Shown here piece after piece: positions 49,701 through 62,225 of a DNA stretch of 64,000 bases. The DNA comes from Chrysemys picta bellii (Eukaryota). The position numbers and the translations under genes are program-made. Location of the stretch: assembly GCF_011386835.1 (NCBI RefSeq), contig NC_088815.1, forward strand, positions 13,082,001 to 13,146,000, written 5' to 3'. The notes beneath the pieces are model-generated. The model saw only the letters and a program-made list of their open reading frames with translations. It made no database searches and was not told the DNA's origin. Position 1 is the stretch's first letter; each line of letters begins with the position of its first letter.

Positions 49701-52700
49701 TTTCATTAAAAAATATCCGCTGAAGCAAGAGGCTTTAGTAGCAGACTCCCCCGTACCTGGTCTCATTGGGTTTCTGGGCCCCAAGCTGGGGCAGACGCCT
49801 TCACCTCCTCTTCTTGTCTCCTGGCAGGGAGATAGGCTCAAAACTCACAGTCAGCAAAAAAGTCTCCACCTGCATCGGGAGGACCAGGCATATCCGCTCC
49901 CTAGAGCACGTCCAGGTCCGCATCTCTCTAAGCTACAGCAGGAGAGGGGATCTGGCCATCTCTCTGACCAGCCCAATGGGAACCAAGTCCACCCTGGTGG
50001 CCGTCAGGTAAGGGGTGGACCGAACACTTCCTGCTGGTACTTCACTGCAGGCTGCACCTCCCCCCCCCCCCCCCCCATGGATCAAATGGGAATTTCATGG
50101 CTATAGAAACTTAAAACCTGAATCTCAGGGAGTGAGATTGCTCCAAAGCGAGCTGTGGCACTGGGATAGGAGTTCTCAACTTGCAGGTCACGACCCTGCA
50201 GAGGGTCACAAACAGGTGTCAGGGTTACAACCACCCTGCCCTTCCCATATTGCTAAAGGTGAGTGTGTGTGTGTGGGGGGGACGATGGGAGTCTCTGCTA
50301 GATGAGGGGTAGGTCGTGTCTCTATATGGAACCATTGCGCTGGGAATACCAGAACTGCCGCACTGGAATGGATCCATGGATTATCTGGTGTGGTATCCAG
50401 TCTCCAACAGTGGCCAATGCTGACTTCTTGAGGGGAAGTCACTACCTCCACAATGCACTAGATTACAGGGGCACAGGTTCCTTCCTGACCCAAGCTGGGG
50501 AGCAGCGTATGCCCAGGAGACAGTTACCCCAGCAGGGCTGTGAGGTGAAGGCTGCTTCGAGAAGTCTTCCTGCTAGAAAGGCAAATGGTTAAGGCAGGCC
50601 AGTTCTCTCGGGCTCTGGTACGTTTGATGCTGCCATTGTAAGAACCCGGAGACTTGTCCAACGCTCACCTCTGGGTTTCTGAGGTGCATCCCATGACCTT
50701 CTAGTGTCCAAAGTCTGAAGGGTTTGTGCATTTCCCTGCCCCCGCTAGGCCATACGACACCAGCAACCAGGGCTACAGGGATTGGTCCTTCATGTCCACG
50801 CACTTCTGGGACGAGGACCCACGAGGCACATGGACGCTCTTCCTCGAGAACAAGGGTGATGCTTACAACACAGGTGAGCGCCCCCGTCATGCAGGAGACA
50901 TAGGCAAGAGCCCTGTTGCTATCGCTACAGCTGCTTTTCCTCTGGTTAGCTGAGGGTGAGCAGAGTTCAGGACATCCCAGGCTGCTGAACGGCTTGGCGA
51001 GGGGGGATGTGCCTAAAGAACTGGAAGGATGATCCCCTGTAGGCCAGCAGAGGAGTTCTAGGCAGCAAGGTCTCTTCCCGGGTTAGTTGTTACTTGCGTT
51101 GCCATCTCCCAGTGGGAGCGCACTGTTCCCAAAGGCAGGGGTGTCTCCCAGGTGGCCGTTCACAGCTCTTCCCCTGAACGCGTGTGCAAGGGGAAGCTGA
51201 GACGGAGTTAATCCCTTGTGCACCAGGAACCAGTGGTGCGCCTGAGCCCGGTTACGTTTCCTCCCCTGTGCACCTCTCCTTTGCCGTCCTGTTTATCCCA
51301 TCATTCTCCTGCACCGCTCATGTCCACAGGGCCTGGGCTCAATTCCCTCTGCTGATGGGGATTCTGGAGCTAGTGAGGTTGCACCTGTTTAGGATCCTTG
51401 AAAGCTCCCTGGCCAGGGGCACTCACGGCCTTTAGCGCTGGGATGGGGTGGAGCAGGCTCCGGCTGTGCATCGCCATGGCGTTCGTTCACTCACCCGTCC
51501 AACACCTGGTGGTCCCAGCGCTCCTCCATAGCGCCATGTGCCTGGGGTTAACCCTTCGGGGCCAGAGATCCGTGAAGTGTCCGGGCAGGTGTCTTGTAGG
51601 GAACTCGTGGCATTTGGGATCGTGGGCTCCCCAGCATCGAGTCTGAAGCTCCTCCTCTCTTGACCCCCCTCTCCAGGGCTCCTCACCAGTGTCGTCCTGC
51701 AGCTCTACGGCACGGACGAGGCCATGACGGACAGGCAGATAGCAGCCTCCGTTGTGAGCGAGTGTGTTAGGCGGGACTCCGAGGGAGCGTGCGAGGGTGA
51801 GTTGTCCTGGCACCAATCGACCCATTAGCATGGGGCCCCAATGGGGCTCTGCTGTAGCCCTCAGGCAAAGTCGAGAGTTATCCACAGCCACGTGGCCGGC
51901 TCTCCCTGACACCCACCCCCGGAGCCGGCAGGGCTCTGCCAGGACAGCCCGCCACCCAGGAGTCCCCTCAGCTCACCTCAGAGGAGACCATTTGCCTGGT
52001 GAGCTGGGTGGGGGGAGGTACATCCATGCAGCAGCCCTGAGGATGCTTTTGTGTTCCCTCTCCTGGCTGGATCTTCCAAGAATCCAGTCAGTGGCGCTCC
52101 TCAGCGAGGAGCCAGGGGGTCCTTGAGTGACAGACCCCCCCGCTCCTTCCAGGGGTGCTGGGCCCTGGCCATACCGGCATCTCCTGCTGGCCCCAGGAAT
52201 GAGTTGGGGAAGCCTGCTTCATGTCAGCCTGGTGTCCTTCCCCCTCCTTCAATCAGGCATTACAGTGGGGCACGCTCGCCTTGGCCAGAGGGGCTGCTAA
52301 GCCATTCGACTTGGGTTCAGCAAACCGGGCCGGCCTGGGGCTGAATCAGTCTCTGGTTTCAACCCCGCAGCCAGAAACGTGCCTGTCTCTCCTTAAGCCC
52401 GAGGGGATGTCAGTCCTGTGTGCAGCAGGTTGGAACTAGAAACCACTTAGATTCCTGGGAGTCACAGGTTTGAATCCAGGCAGGGCCAATTGAACCCTTT
52501 GTGCTGCAGAGAGCAGGCACTGGCGTTCCACACCTGGAGGGCTTTCTTGGAGGAGACTTTAAACACCAAGGCCCAGATCCTCCAAGGTATCTAGGTTCCT
52601 AACTGCCACTGAAATCGCTTTGTGGATGTGGGCCCAGGCTTCCCTGCTGCGTGTGGGCACTGGCCATGCCAGGGCACCTCAGTAAGATGGGCTGCAAGCT

Positions 52701-53432
52701 CCAACTAAGTCCCTTCGTGCCCTACAGCTGGCTCTGTGCTGGCTGTTATCTGCCCACCCTAGAGGTGGCTGCATTTCAGCCCGTGTTGCAGTACGTAGCC
52801 TGAGGTGCCCTGGTCTCATGCGAACTCTTGCTCCTCTCCCCACAGAATGCAGCAGCGCCTTCTATGCGTTCCAGCACCTCTGCCTGTCCTACTGCCCTCC
52901 CCGCTATTACAACCGATCCCGGAGGTCTCCCAGCCTGGACAGGAGCCCACGCCCTGTCCAGGTCTGTGCCACCTGCCACCCGTCCTGCTACACCTGCCGG
53001 GGGGACACCGCCAACAACTGCACCGCCTGCCCCCCCTTCTGCACCTTCCATGAGCTCTCCCACTCCTGCTCCTCGCCGGCGTACCCCTCCCTCTTTCCCA
53101 GCAAGCCTGCAGCGGCGCAACACCGGCAGCACCTCGTCTTCATCGTCCTGGCGATCCTGCTGGGCGGGGGCCCTCTCCTCCTGGGCGTCCTCTGCATCAC
53201 CTGCCAGGGGGTGTCCCTCGCCGCCTCCTGGAGGCAGCGGAGGGGGCTCTGCGCTCTGCCCAAAGCTGCTGGCCTGGAAGGGGGAAATCAGCCTGGGACC
53301 AGCAGGAGAGAGGCTGGGTGCTTAAATGACCCAGGGCAGCTGCAGGCTCTGGGGCCACCAGCGGAGGGCAGCGCTGGCCACGTAGCCCAGACTCTGCCTG
53401 CAGGCCCTGCTGCTTCCAGACTTAGAACCTGA
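37738..53432 (+). CDS. PCSK4: Proprotein convertase subtilisin/kexin type 4, 793 aa. Exons 37738-37902, 41430-41534, 42426-42521, 42978-43106, 44787-44863, 45650-45738, 46952-47124, 47716-47928, 48197-48297, 48858-48961, 49133-49250, 49828-50007, 50749-50873, 51677-51796, 52846-53432
   Basis: All 14 introns are GT-AG and in phase; total 2382 nt. Signal peptide, prodomain ending KRRTKR, catalytic D (LDDG), H (HGTRCAG), oxyanion N (SGNGG), S (GTSASAP), P-domain RRGDL, Cys-rich region, TM helix. AATAAA at about 53453. Neighbour of REEP6. Confidence 0.95.
38341..38525. mobile_element. hAT-type MITE (CAGGGCCGGCTCCA TIR) in PCSK4 intron 1
   Basis: TIRs cagggccggctcca / tggagccggccctg; TSD gatgaaaa / gatgaaag (7/8). 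Confidence 0.85.
40554..41381 (+). mobile_element. Probable ERV solo LTR, sense to PCSK4, ending 48 nt before exon 2
   Basis: TG...CA ends (tgttcag...ctccgaca), TATAAA at 41223-41228, AATAAA at 41323-41328, possible TSD tggtg / tggtt. Left end tentative. Confidence 0.55.
42795..42906 (+). mobile_element. CR1 LINE 3' fragment
   Basis: ctggactaaaagacctctcaaggtcccttccaatcctacaattctatgatt, a CR1 3' end with ATTCTATG tail. Confidence 0.8.
43559..43965. mobile_element. hAT-Charlie-like non-autonomous element inserted into a MIR-like SINE head
   Basis: TIRs cagcggctctcaa / ttgagaaccactg; TSD ggctaatt / ggctaatg. The flanks rejoin into the SINE start aggcagcatgggctaatggacaaagcac. Confidence 0.8.
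46333..46798. mobile_element. hAT-type MITE in PCSK4 intron 6
   Basis: About 20-bp TIRs tagggccctaccaaattcac / gtgaatttggtagggccctg; degenerate 8-bp TSD (5/8). Confidence 0.75.
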
Positions 53433-53452
53433 GACCGCCCCCCTCCCTGTGA

Positions 53453-53458
53453 AATAAA
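53453..53458 (+). terminator. PCSK4 polyadenylation signal
   Basis: AATAAA about 20 nt after the stop codon at 53432. Confidence 0.7.
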
Positions 53459-54130
53459 GCCGCTATTGTCAGTCAGAGCTGGCCCCTTCTCTCTTGCTGC
53501 AAACCCCTACTGGCTACCATGACCCCTGCATTGGCTGCCGTCCCGTCCCATGTCCCTGAGCCTCGGGTCAGAGAGTCAGGTGGGGGGCTCCGGGCGCCTC
53601 TGCGCTTGTCCCTGGCTGTAGCTCCTGGGGGCTACTGCACTGGCCACAGGGTCGGCCTGGGGCTGCAGCATTGCTAAGCATGAAGAGTGTCACCTTCCCC
53701 ACCCACTGGGGAGGGAGAGTGAAAACTGATGAGTTGGGAGAGGATTTTCCATCCAGTCACCTGTCCCTCTTCTCGCCGGAGGAGGGTGTTTGACGCCTCA
53801 CAGCTCGTGAGCTGATGCCGCTTTGCAGGTGGGAGTGGGGGAATATTAAGCTGGTACCTGTACTGCTTGGCGTACACAGCCCCGTGGATCTCGCTAGGTA
53901 ACAAAGGACCGAGCCTTGGTCTCTCCAGCCCACAGCATCAGAGGCCTTTAGGAACCTGATGCCCATTGAAAGCAATCACAGCTTGGTGCCTAAGGCTGTT
54001 CTGGGAGGCTCTGGGCCTGCACTCCTGCAACCAGCTCCCGCTATCGCTTTGTGCTGCCGAAATCCCTCACTGGTGCCGATCCCCCTTCCAGTAAGAGACG
54101 CGGCAGGGCCTGAAGAGGTAGAAACAATAT

Positions 54131-54136
54131 TTTATT
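54131..54136 (-). terminator. Probable TMEM79-like polyadenylation signal (about 1.8 kb 3'UTR)
   Basis: First minus-strand AATAAA I found downstream of the stop at 55938. Confidence 0.45.
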
Positions 54137-55937
54137 TTGTTCAGAGGTTTTTCCCCGGGTAGTTTCTGCAGGGAACCAGCAGAGCAGTGGCCACCGTCAC
54201 TACATGTAAGGGCCTTTTTGCACAGGAAGCGGCCGACCGGACCCTCCACTTGGATTTTAAGGGAGTTCCTGCCGCTGCAGTGCTGGGCCCAGGCCTGCAC
54301 AGTGGTTGTACAAGTAGAGGAGGGAGGCAGGTTTCTGCTCCAGGAACAGAACTGAGGGGCTTGGCCTTGGGGGAGGGGCAGCTTCGCCCCAAGTTTCCCT
54401 TCTCAGAATTCACAGTTCAGGTGCTGTCCCTTCTGGGCAGAGCGGAAGTGGGGTTACCTAGGAAAGGGACTACGCCGTCCTGGCAAATCATCCACGGCAG
54501 GGAGGAAGCCAAGATCCTGGCAGGTGTTTTTCTGCCTCGGGCAGTGGTGGGGGAGTTCGAACTCTTAGTGGTGATCAGACAGAGCCAAGGTGAGGGAAGT
54601 GTTGTCTTTTAGTGGCCTGACTTCTGGGGCTGAGGGACAAAAAAAGATGATTTCCTCACCTGCCTTGTCTCTGTAAGGTCCTGGGCCCAGCACTGCATCT
54701 TGCCACAACACCACTGCATGTCCCCCCCCAACAGCACTAACAGCCGTCTCCTGTCACACTACAACCAACCAGCTCCCCTTCCACCTGCTGCTTACCCGCC
54801 ACCTGGGCTTGCTCCTGCCCCCTGCATCCCACACAGCTCACCAGCCAGCCTGCTTTCCCGTTCCTCTCTACCAATCGTCACCCTTCTGCTCTGGGAGCAG
54901 GGGGCACCCTGCCGTGGGTTACGTACCCCCCTGAGGAGCAGGGCAATGCTGGATCAAGCCCACTGGCTACTGCTCTGCTCCGGATGAAATCCTCTCTCCC
55001 AGCAAGCCACCGCTGCCCCTCTTAACTCAGAAAGTCACTTTGATCAAGCGTATTTGGGATGATAAATGCACAGAGAAGGGCTTAACCCCCCAGCCACTCA
55101 CACAACTGAGTACCCGACTTGTGCCTGCAGTCTGTGTTCTGTAACCTGCCTGTATGTGGGGGGGGCGGCTCCTCTGGGCACTGCTCCAGGGGCCGGGCAG
55201 TGGCCGTGAGGCGCCCTGGCCCCGTGGAGGAAACAGCAAGACAAATGACAGGACTGGGGCTGAGGATTTCAGAGCCTTCTCCTGGGGGTTCAGGCTAATT
55301 TTCAAGGGCAACCAAGCCAGGCTTTTAGCCCAGGTCTGCCCACATGACCCGCTCGGCCAGGCTTAGCCGGTCATTAGGACACTACAGTTGCTCATCTCCC
55401 TGCCCTGGCTGCAGCATGCCAGAGGGAGGTAGGACCAGGCCACATCAAAGGGAGAGGCTAAAGCCGCTCTCCTCTGGGCTCAGATTAACCTTGGCCAGGC
55501 TGCAGAGACAGCTGTGCCCCGGCACACAGCACAGCCCCTGGCACGGCTGGGATGGAGGGAGGGAGGGAGAGACCCAGGGGATCTCCCTGGGCAGTTACAG
55601 TATTCCTAGGAGCTTGCCGGAGCAGTTTTGCACGCTGCAGGCGTTCGGCTGGGAAAAGCCCTTCCCATTCTGTGTGGTAGCACGGTGCTGGGCCCTGCTG
55701 CTCTGTGGTGTCTTAGTGACCTTACGGCGGTGCTTGCTAAGAAGTTGCCTTCAGCTATGGGGCTCGTCCATCCCTCAGCACTGCCCAGCTCAGGGGTGGG
55801 AGGGCACAGCTGGGGATGGCCTGGAGGAGGGGTGCTTTACGCTGCCTCAGTATTGATCCAAGCTGGGTTGGAGCAGCTGTTCAGAGCTGGAGGCTGCTGG
55901 AGCTCACGCCTCTCCCCATCCTATGCCGTCTCCTCCT

Positions 55938-58900
55938 TCAAGTGCCTTGGCTCGCCGGCTCCCGCGTGGGGGCAGGCGTGGCCCCGCCGCCGCCCCCACC
56001 CGCTGGAGAGGGCGCGAAGAGGAAGGCGAAGCCCAGGTCGTACAGACAGAACAGGTTGTAGACGGTCATCGCCAGGGCCGGGAAGAAAGAGAGGCCGAAG
56101 CCAAAGCCACGGTAAGCGCTGCCGACGTGGAGGCTGATCCAGTAACAGCACCTGCAGCACAAAGGGCGGAGAGTTCGCTACCCATCCCCAGCGCCGCGGA
56201 GGGCAGCTCGCCAGGTGACTAGTACACGTAGCGCCCAGCAGCGGCGCGTGGTAAGGATGGACTCCCTGCCCCGGGGACCTTACGCAATTCATGGAGAACA
56301 GGAGCTAAGACCAGGGTGGGGGAGAACGCGAGGATCATGCAGTTACTGGGGAGGTTAAAGGGCCAAGTGGCTGACGTCAACTCTGCTCTATCCAGTACCC
56401 ATCACAGCCTCCTCCGGCCGTTCATTGGAGACCAAGGCTGCAGACTCTTGTGGGAAGCTCCCCCAGCTCGCCCCACTTGAAGAAATCAGCCGGCCATGAA
56501 GACGCAATCAGGGTTACACTCGTGCCAACGAGATCTGGCTCACAACGTGGCTGGAAATAAACAAGAGGCTCTGAGGAGCTCTCCTGTCTGTTACATCACT
56601 GTGGTGCCTACGGACTTCTATGGGCCTGACCGCTCTGGGGGTGCTGCTCCGGGCCGGCCCGCGGCTATGCCAACGGGGGAAGGGAGTTTCCGGAAGGCAG
56701 CGCAGCCCGAGCAACGGGCCGGGAATCTCTCACGACGGTCCCTGAGGCGAGCAACAGGCCGGGAGGGGCCGGGAGCTCAGTGGGGAGCTGCAGTTAGGGG
56801 GGACGTGAGGGGAACTGCACCCAGAATCGCTGAGCTGGTGTGAACTGGTGTCAGTGGCCCTACAGTGGGCAAGAGCAGCGCGTCAGACCCCCGAGCTGCG
56901 TCTCTACTAAGGAGGGGCCGGACAAGAGGCATTTCACTGAATCTCGGGGGGGGGGCGCAGGGAGGGGTGTGTGGTGGGGGAAGGGAGTTAACTGGGTGCA
57001 TCGTCCATGCTGCCCACTGCCCTCCCTGGTCCCAGCGTCTCACCTGCCGACGGAGAAGAGCCCGGCCAGGATGGGGATGAGGCGCAGGTGCTCCTGGGCC
57101 AGGAACGTGGCCAGCACCACCGTGTTGAGGCCGAAGATGACAAACTGCTCCATGGAGCTGGCGACGTACAGCCGGTGGAGCAGGACGGGCGGGGAGCGTG
57201 TGTCCAGTGGGTCGATGGCCACCGAGCAGAGCTTGGCGAGAGCCCCGAACATGACCCCTAGGGGCAGGGCGGGTTGGGAGGAGAAGGGGAGAGGTTTGCA
57301 TCAGACACCGCAGCCAAACCCAGACCCCTTCATGCTTCTGAGCGCCGATTCCAGCCCTCGCCGGGGTCCTGCTGAGACAGAGCCGCTCTCGGCCGACAGC
57401 GCCACGCCCCATGTTCCCTGTCCCCAAAACGAAAGAGCTCGTGGGCTCGGTGGAGCCCGTGGGTAAATGTGGCTTGCCCAGTCCCTGGGTACCACTCCTC
57501 CCTATTTTATCAGTAGCCATTCAGTGACCACCACGTGCTCGGAGCTGTACCAAACGAAGAGCTAAGGTTCAGAGTTGATAGGGCCTGTAGTCCTGGGCAT
57601 TTAGGGAAGACCACTGCAGCGGTTAGGGTGGCACTCGAGTGACCCAGGTTCAATTCCCGGCTCTGCCAGACTTCTTACGTCTTGGGTAGGTCACAGCCTC
57701 GCTGCACGGCAGATCCCCAGCCCGGCCCTGCCTCACAGGGAGGTAAGGAGGATGAAGACTGAGACACTCAGGCACTACAGAAATAGGAGCCACAAATACC
57801 CTAGATAGATGACAGCCAGGACTTCTGGGGTGTCTCTGGGGTTCTGCCAGTGTATGTAACCTCAGATGAGTCATTCAGCAGCTGCGTGCCTCAGTTTCCC
57901 CTTCAGTACCATGGCGATAATAAGCATCAGTCTTGGTGCAAAGTGCTTGGCACTACAGTTACCAATGGATGGACATAGGTGTCAGAGGGCCGAGTCCATT
58001 GGCCGGCGAGGCACAAGGCAGGACACAGTGGGCCCCAGGAGCAGAAGTATGAGACACGCACCTGATCCTACACTTAAAGCTGTTGGTTTGCACTAGCTTT
58101 GTGCCTTGAATGTGTGGCTGCACTGGGGCTGGGGAGTGCTGTTACAAACAGCAGGAGGGCCCCATCCTGCCAGGGCCGGTCACCCGTCTCCTGCTGAGCC
58201 GGGAGGCCAGCAATCTGCCTGTCACTCGTGCTAAACCTTCCCCACCGTGCAAGAAGGGGAAGCCTCGGTTTGTCGGTCTCAGAGGGCAGCCAGGACTCCC
58301 CCCAGGACAGGCTACAGCAATCACTCGAAGGTCAGACCTGTTGCCCTTCCTCCTCTCCAGCGGATACCCCTGCCGCCCCTCATCAGAAAGCCTCCCGGTC
58401 GCAGTGAGATTTTCTCCCCTGAATTAATTCCCTGGCGGACAGGAATCAAAAGCCACCACCAAACATTCAAGGGCAGGCGGAGCTGGCTGCCCTGATCTGA
58501 CAAGTGCCAGCAGAGGCTCAGAACTGGGTCCCTAGGCAGGGAAGCGGGGGTCCCTTTTGATCCCTCCCCACTCAGCCTCCTACCAGCTGCAGATGGGGGT
58601 TATTAGTGCAGGCAACACTGGGATGGTAAATGTCCTCTGATGAGTGCAGCTTTTGGGGCCGGAGGGGGGCTGGAACCTCGATCCTGGGGCAGGGCCGTGT
58701 TGGTGCAGAACTTAACCTCACGGGTCCCGTGCCGTGCCTGGGGGCTCCCGGCCATGACCACGCTCCCAATAATCATTCTAACAGACGGTCAGATACCATT
58801 ATAACGGACTCGGGGACCGCATGCTCAGGAGGTGCCCAGCAAATTAGCGTGAGCAGTGGGTCCAGGCCACCGCCCCCCCCAGCACCCAGGGAAGGGAGAG

Positions 58901-61900
58901 GATAAGCCAGCAGGTCATGCAAAGCTCAGTGCATTCAGCCCTCTGCACGCCTCCGGCCTAGACAGCCAGGCGCTCAGGTGACCCTGGTGACAAGGCCCAG
59001 CTGAGTCCCTAGATAGGTGCCTTTGGTTTAGTGCCTGATCAGAGAGTCTCCCTCGGCTCAGGGACCGGCCACGCAGCAGCTCCCACTCCTCTCTCATTAA
59101 GGCAGGAATGCTGGGCTCAGGGATCCTTCCAAAATCCAATTCCAGGCCAACAGCCCCTGGCCCGCTCGCTGTTTACACAGATAACAAAGGGACCCGGAGG
59201 AATTTTCTCTGTAATTAAACCGTCTCCCCGAGCGCCTTCCACAGGAGACAGACGGGGGCTGGGGCCCGGCCCGAATGAAGCAGCGCTTAGCAACACTCAT
59301 CCCCTGTGCTGACAGCACCGAGACAGCAGGAGACGTGTACAAGTGGCAGAAGTGGCCAGTCCAGGGAGCAGCTGGGCGTGGGAGACGGCGCTCGGGTGGC
59401 TGGAGACGGGGGTCAGGCCCAGAGGACATTCCTGGCTCGGCTCGGGGTGGAAAGGTCTCTGCCAGCGCTGGGGCGGGATCAGGGGGCTTAGCTGACAATC
59501 AAAGCAGTGACCGTGCATTGGGGCGACTCCTTTTCCCCCCATAGACTCCAGCTCTGCCCCTGCTCGTGGACTAACCAGCTGTTCTCAGCCATCAGGCAGG
59601 GGACGGGGGACCTGGCCCCACGGCCCGTAAGCGAGGTCTCTGCAGCCCCACGCAAGCTGCTCGGACCCATGGTGGGGGTATTGTGCTCCTGCCATGGAGG
59701 GGCGGAGACTCCCCAGTGAGCTATAGGACAGTAGGCTCCAGGGGCCGTGTCTGCCCTACAGGGGTGACCTCACAGCATTCACTAGGAGCCTGCGTCAAAC
59801 AGATCCAATGGAAACCTAGGGAGGTGGTGGAATCTCCATCCTTAGGGGGTTTTACGGCCCGGCTTGACAAAGCCCTGGCTGGGATGATTTAGTTGGGATT
59901 GGTCCTGCTTTGAGCAGGGGTGGGACTAGATACCTCCTGAGATCCCTTCCAACCCTGCTATTCTATGATCCTATGAAACAAGCAGATGGCCTTTGGATCA
60001 GGCCCTGAGCACCCACAGTCCTGCCCCCAGCAGGCGCTGGGCTCAGTGCAAAACCTGGGACGGATTAAAACAGGGCGGGTGTCAAAGTCCTGGTTTGGAA
60101 TCAGGAGCGGGATCTTCCCAGGACATCAGAGGGTGATGGGTCACTCTTGGTGGCTGTTCTGGGAGCTGTCCACACCCTGGCCCCACTTAGAGGGAGATTT
60201 CCATTGCCAAGTCAAAGCACATCCCAGAGACCCTGCTGCTGGGTAACGAGGAGGAATTGGTGACTGGGGCTGGCAAGCCCCAGCCACCCGGCACCCCATG
60301 GAAAGCAATCAGGACGCAAAGAAATTAACTGGGGTGGGGAGCACGTCTTCCCTCTCCTGCATTCAGCACCATGGCCAGAGCAGGGAGGGAAGGGGGAAAT
60401 GAGAAGGCAGAGGGGAACCCCAGCTGACAGCAACCCGATCAGCCATCCAGCCTGGTGTGGCCACACTGGGCAGATGCACCCACACTTCCTGGGGGTCCAG
60501 GGAGCAGCGTCGCTGGTGACACCAGGCCCAGTAGAAAGTGACTGTCTGTCACCAACAGGGCAGGGTGAATGTCTTGGTGCCTCGCATTGCGGAGCATGGG
60601 AAGTCTGCTGTCCTTGGGGCTCCAGACCCCTTCACAACAGCCCAAATGAGGGATCCAAAATGAACGGCGGAAGGTCTCCTGGGAGGGGATCCCCTCACAA
60701 ATACCCACGTGCCCCAGGGGAAGCACAGAGCATTAGCGTCGGGCTCCGGCCAAGACGCAGGAGTCGATAGACAGATCCTGAGACCCTTGTGTGAGGGTCT
60801 CAAGAAAGGCAGACGGGTCGGAAGGAAAGCCGGAATTCTGCTCTCTTTGTCCGGGTTCCTAAGGAGATGTTGCCATGACCCAGGTCTGAAAAATGCCAAT
60901 TGCCCCCCGCTCCCTGACAGTGTCATTATCCTCATTTTACAGCAGGGTAAACTGAGGCACAGGACGGGGCCTTGCCTACGGTCACATAGTGAGTGGCAGA
61001 GCCAGGAATAGTGGCCAAGAGCCTCGGCCCCCTGCTTTCACTGCTCGATAACTCTCCCTCCGAAAGTCAGGACTAGAACCCTGGTGGCCAAACCAGCATC
61101 AGGACCAGCCCCTCGTCACCCTGCCCCCGCGTGCAGTCGCACTGTTCACCAGTGCAAGGGGTGAGTGTGCAAACACCACCATCCTGATGTGCATCGGGGT
61201 AACGTGCACCAGGGACAGAGCCACAATGGGTTGGGGGGCGCTGGCAGGCAGGGGGACAGCGTGGGTCCCCCGGAAGCTTGCCAGGAGGAGAGGCAATTCC
61301 CTCCTGACCCCTGCCCGGGCCCTGAAGCCTGACCACCCCTGGCCTTACCAAGCATGCTGGGCACCACGGCGATGAGGAGGCAGCGCAGAGCGAAGGCCGC
61401 ACGGCTGGCCAGGTCCGGGCAGAGCGGCGGCTCGAAGGGCAGGAGGTAATAGAGGCCGTAGAGGACCCAGGGCGCCAGGAGCAGCGAGACGAAGACCGAG
61501 GACACGGCCTTCAGGTGGGAGCTGGTGCCGCAGCCACAGCATTTCCCCGGCGGGCGAGGGGCGGGCTCCTCGGGGCCACAGGAAACCGGCTCCACGCCCG
61601 AGCCGAGGAACGGCTGCTCCTCCCTGGGGAGAGGCCGACTGGCCGTGGGGCATGCTGGCCCCTCGCTGGAGGGCTGTGCCCTGCTTGGCTCCCTGCCGGC
61701 GGGCAGGTGCTCCATGTGCTGCACCATGGGGGTTTCTGCCCCCACCCTGTCCAGGAAGCAGGTCTCCTTGGGCACCGCCACCACCACGCTGCCTCCAGGC
61801 CCCGCCCTGCCAGTCTCCCGTGGGTCGCAGCCCAGTGGAAGGATGGGGTCTTTGGGGTCCATTGCCACGGGAAGCCCGGGGTCCCCCGGCACCGTGGAAG

Positions 61901-62225
61901 GCTGGGGGTCCTCCCCCAGGAGAGGCCCAGTCCCCTGGCTCTGCATCCCCTCCACCGGCTCAGCCTCTGGCCCTGGAGAGTCGCTTGTAGCCAGGCTGAG
62001 GGAGGCCTCCCCCTCGGAGGTGGAGTGCAGCTCCTCGACGGAGGACTCGGGGCTGTCGGAGACGGGCGCCAGGGAGATCTGGGTGTCCAGGTCCAGGAAG
62101 GGTGAGAAGGAGAGGCGGCTCGGGTCGATGTCCTGCAGCTGGTTGATGAGGTCGGCAATGGAGTCCTTGACGCTGTCAAACTCTCGCAGCTGGTGGCAAC
62201 TGGCCGGGGCCTTGGGGGCAGTCAT
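55938..62225 (-). CDS. Transmembrane protein 79-like, 434 aa. Exons 61349-62225, 57044-57257, 55938-56151
   Basis: Long acidic/Pro-rich N-terminus, then TM block LKAVSSVFVSLLLAPWVLYGLYYLLPFEPP...LHRLYVASSMEQFVIFGLN...YWISLHVGSAYRGFGFGLSFFP resembling TMEM79. Phases 1 and 2 join in frame (1305 nt). Acceptor about 16 nt before gccATG. Likely a paralog rather than TMEM79 itself. Confidence 0.82.
59800..59975 (+). mobile_element. CR1 LINE 3' fragment
   Basis: gaggtggtggaatctccatccttagggg...cttgacaaagccctggctgggatgatttag...cccttccaaccctgctattctatgatcctatga. Confidence 0.88.
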
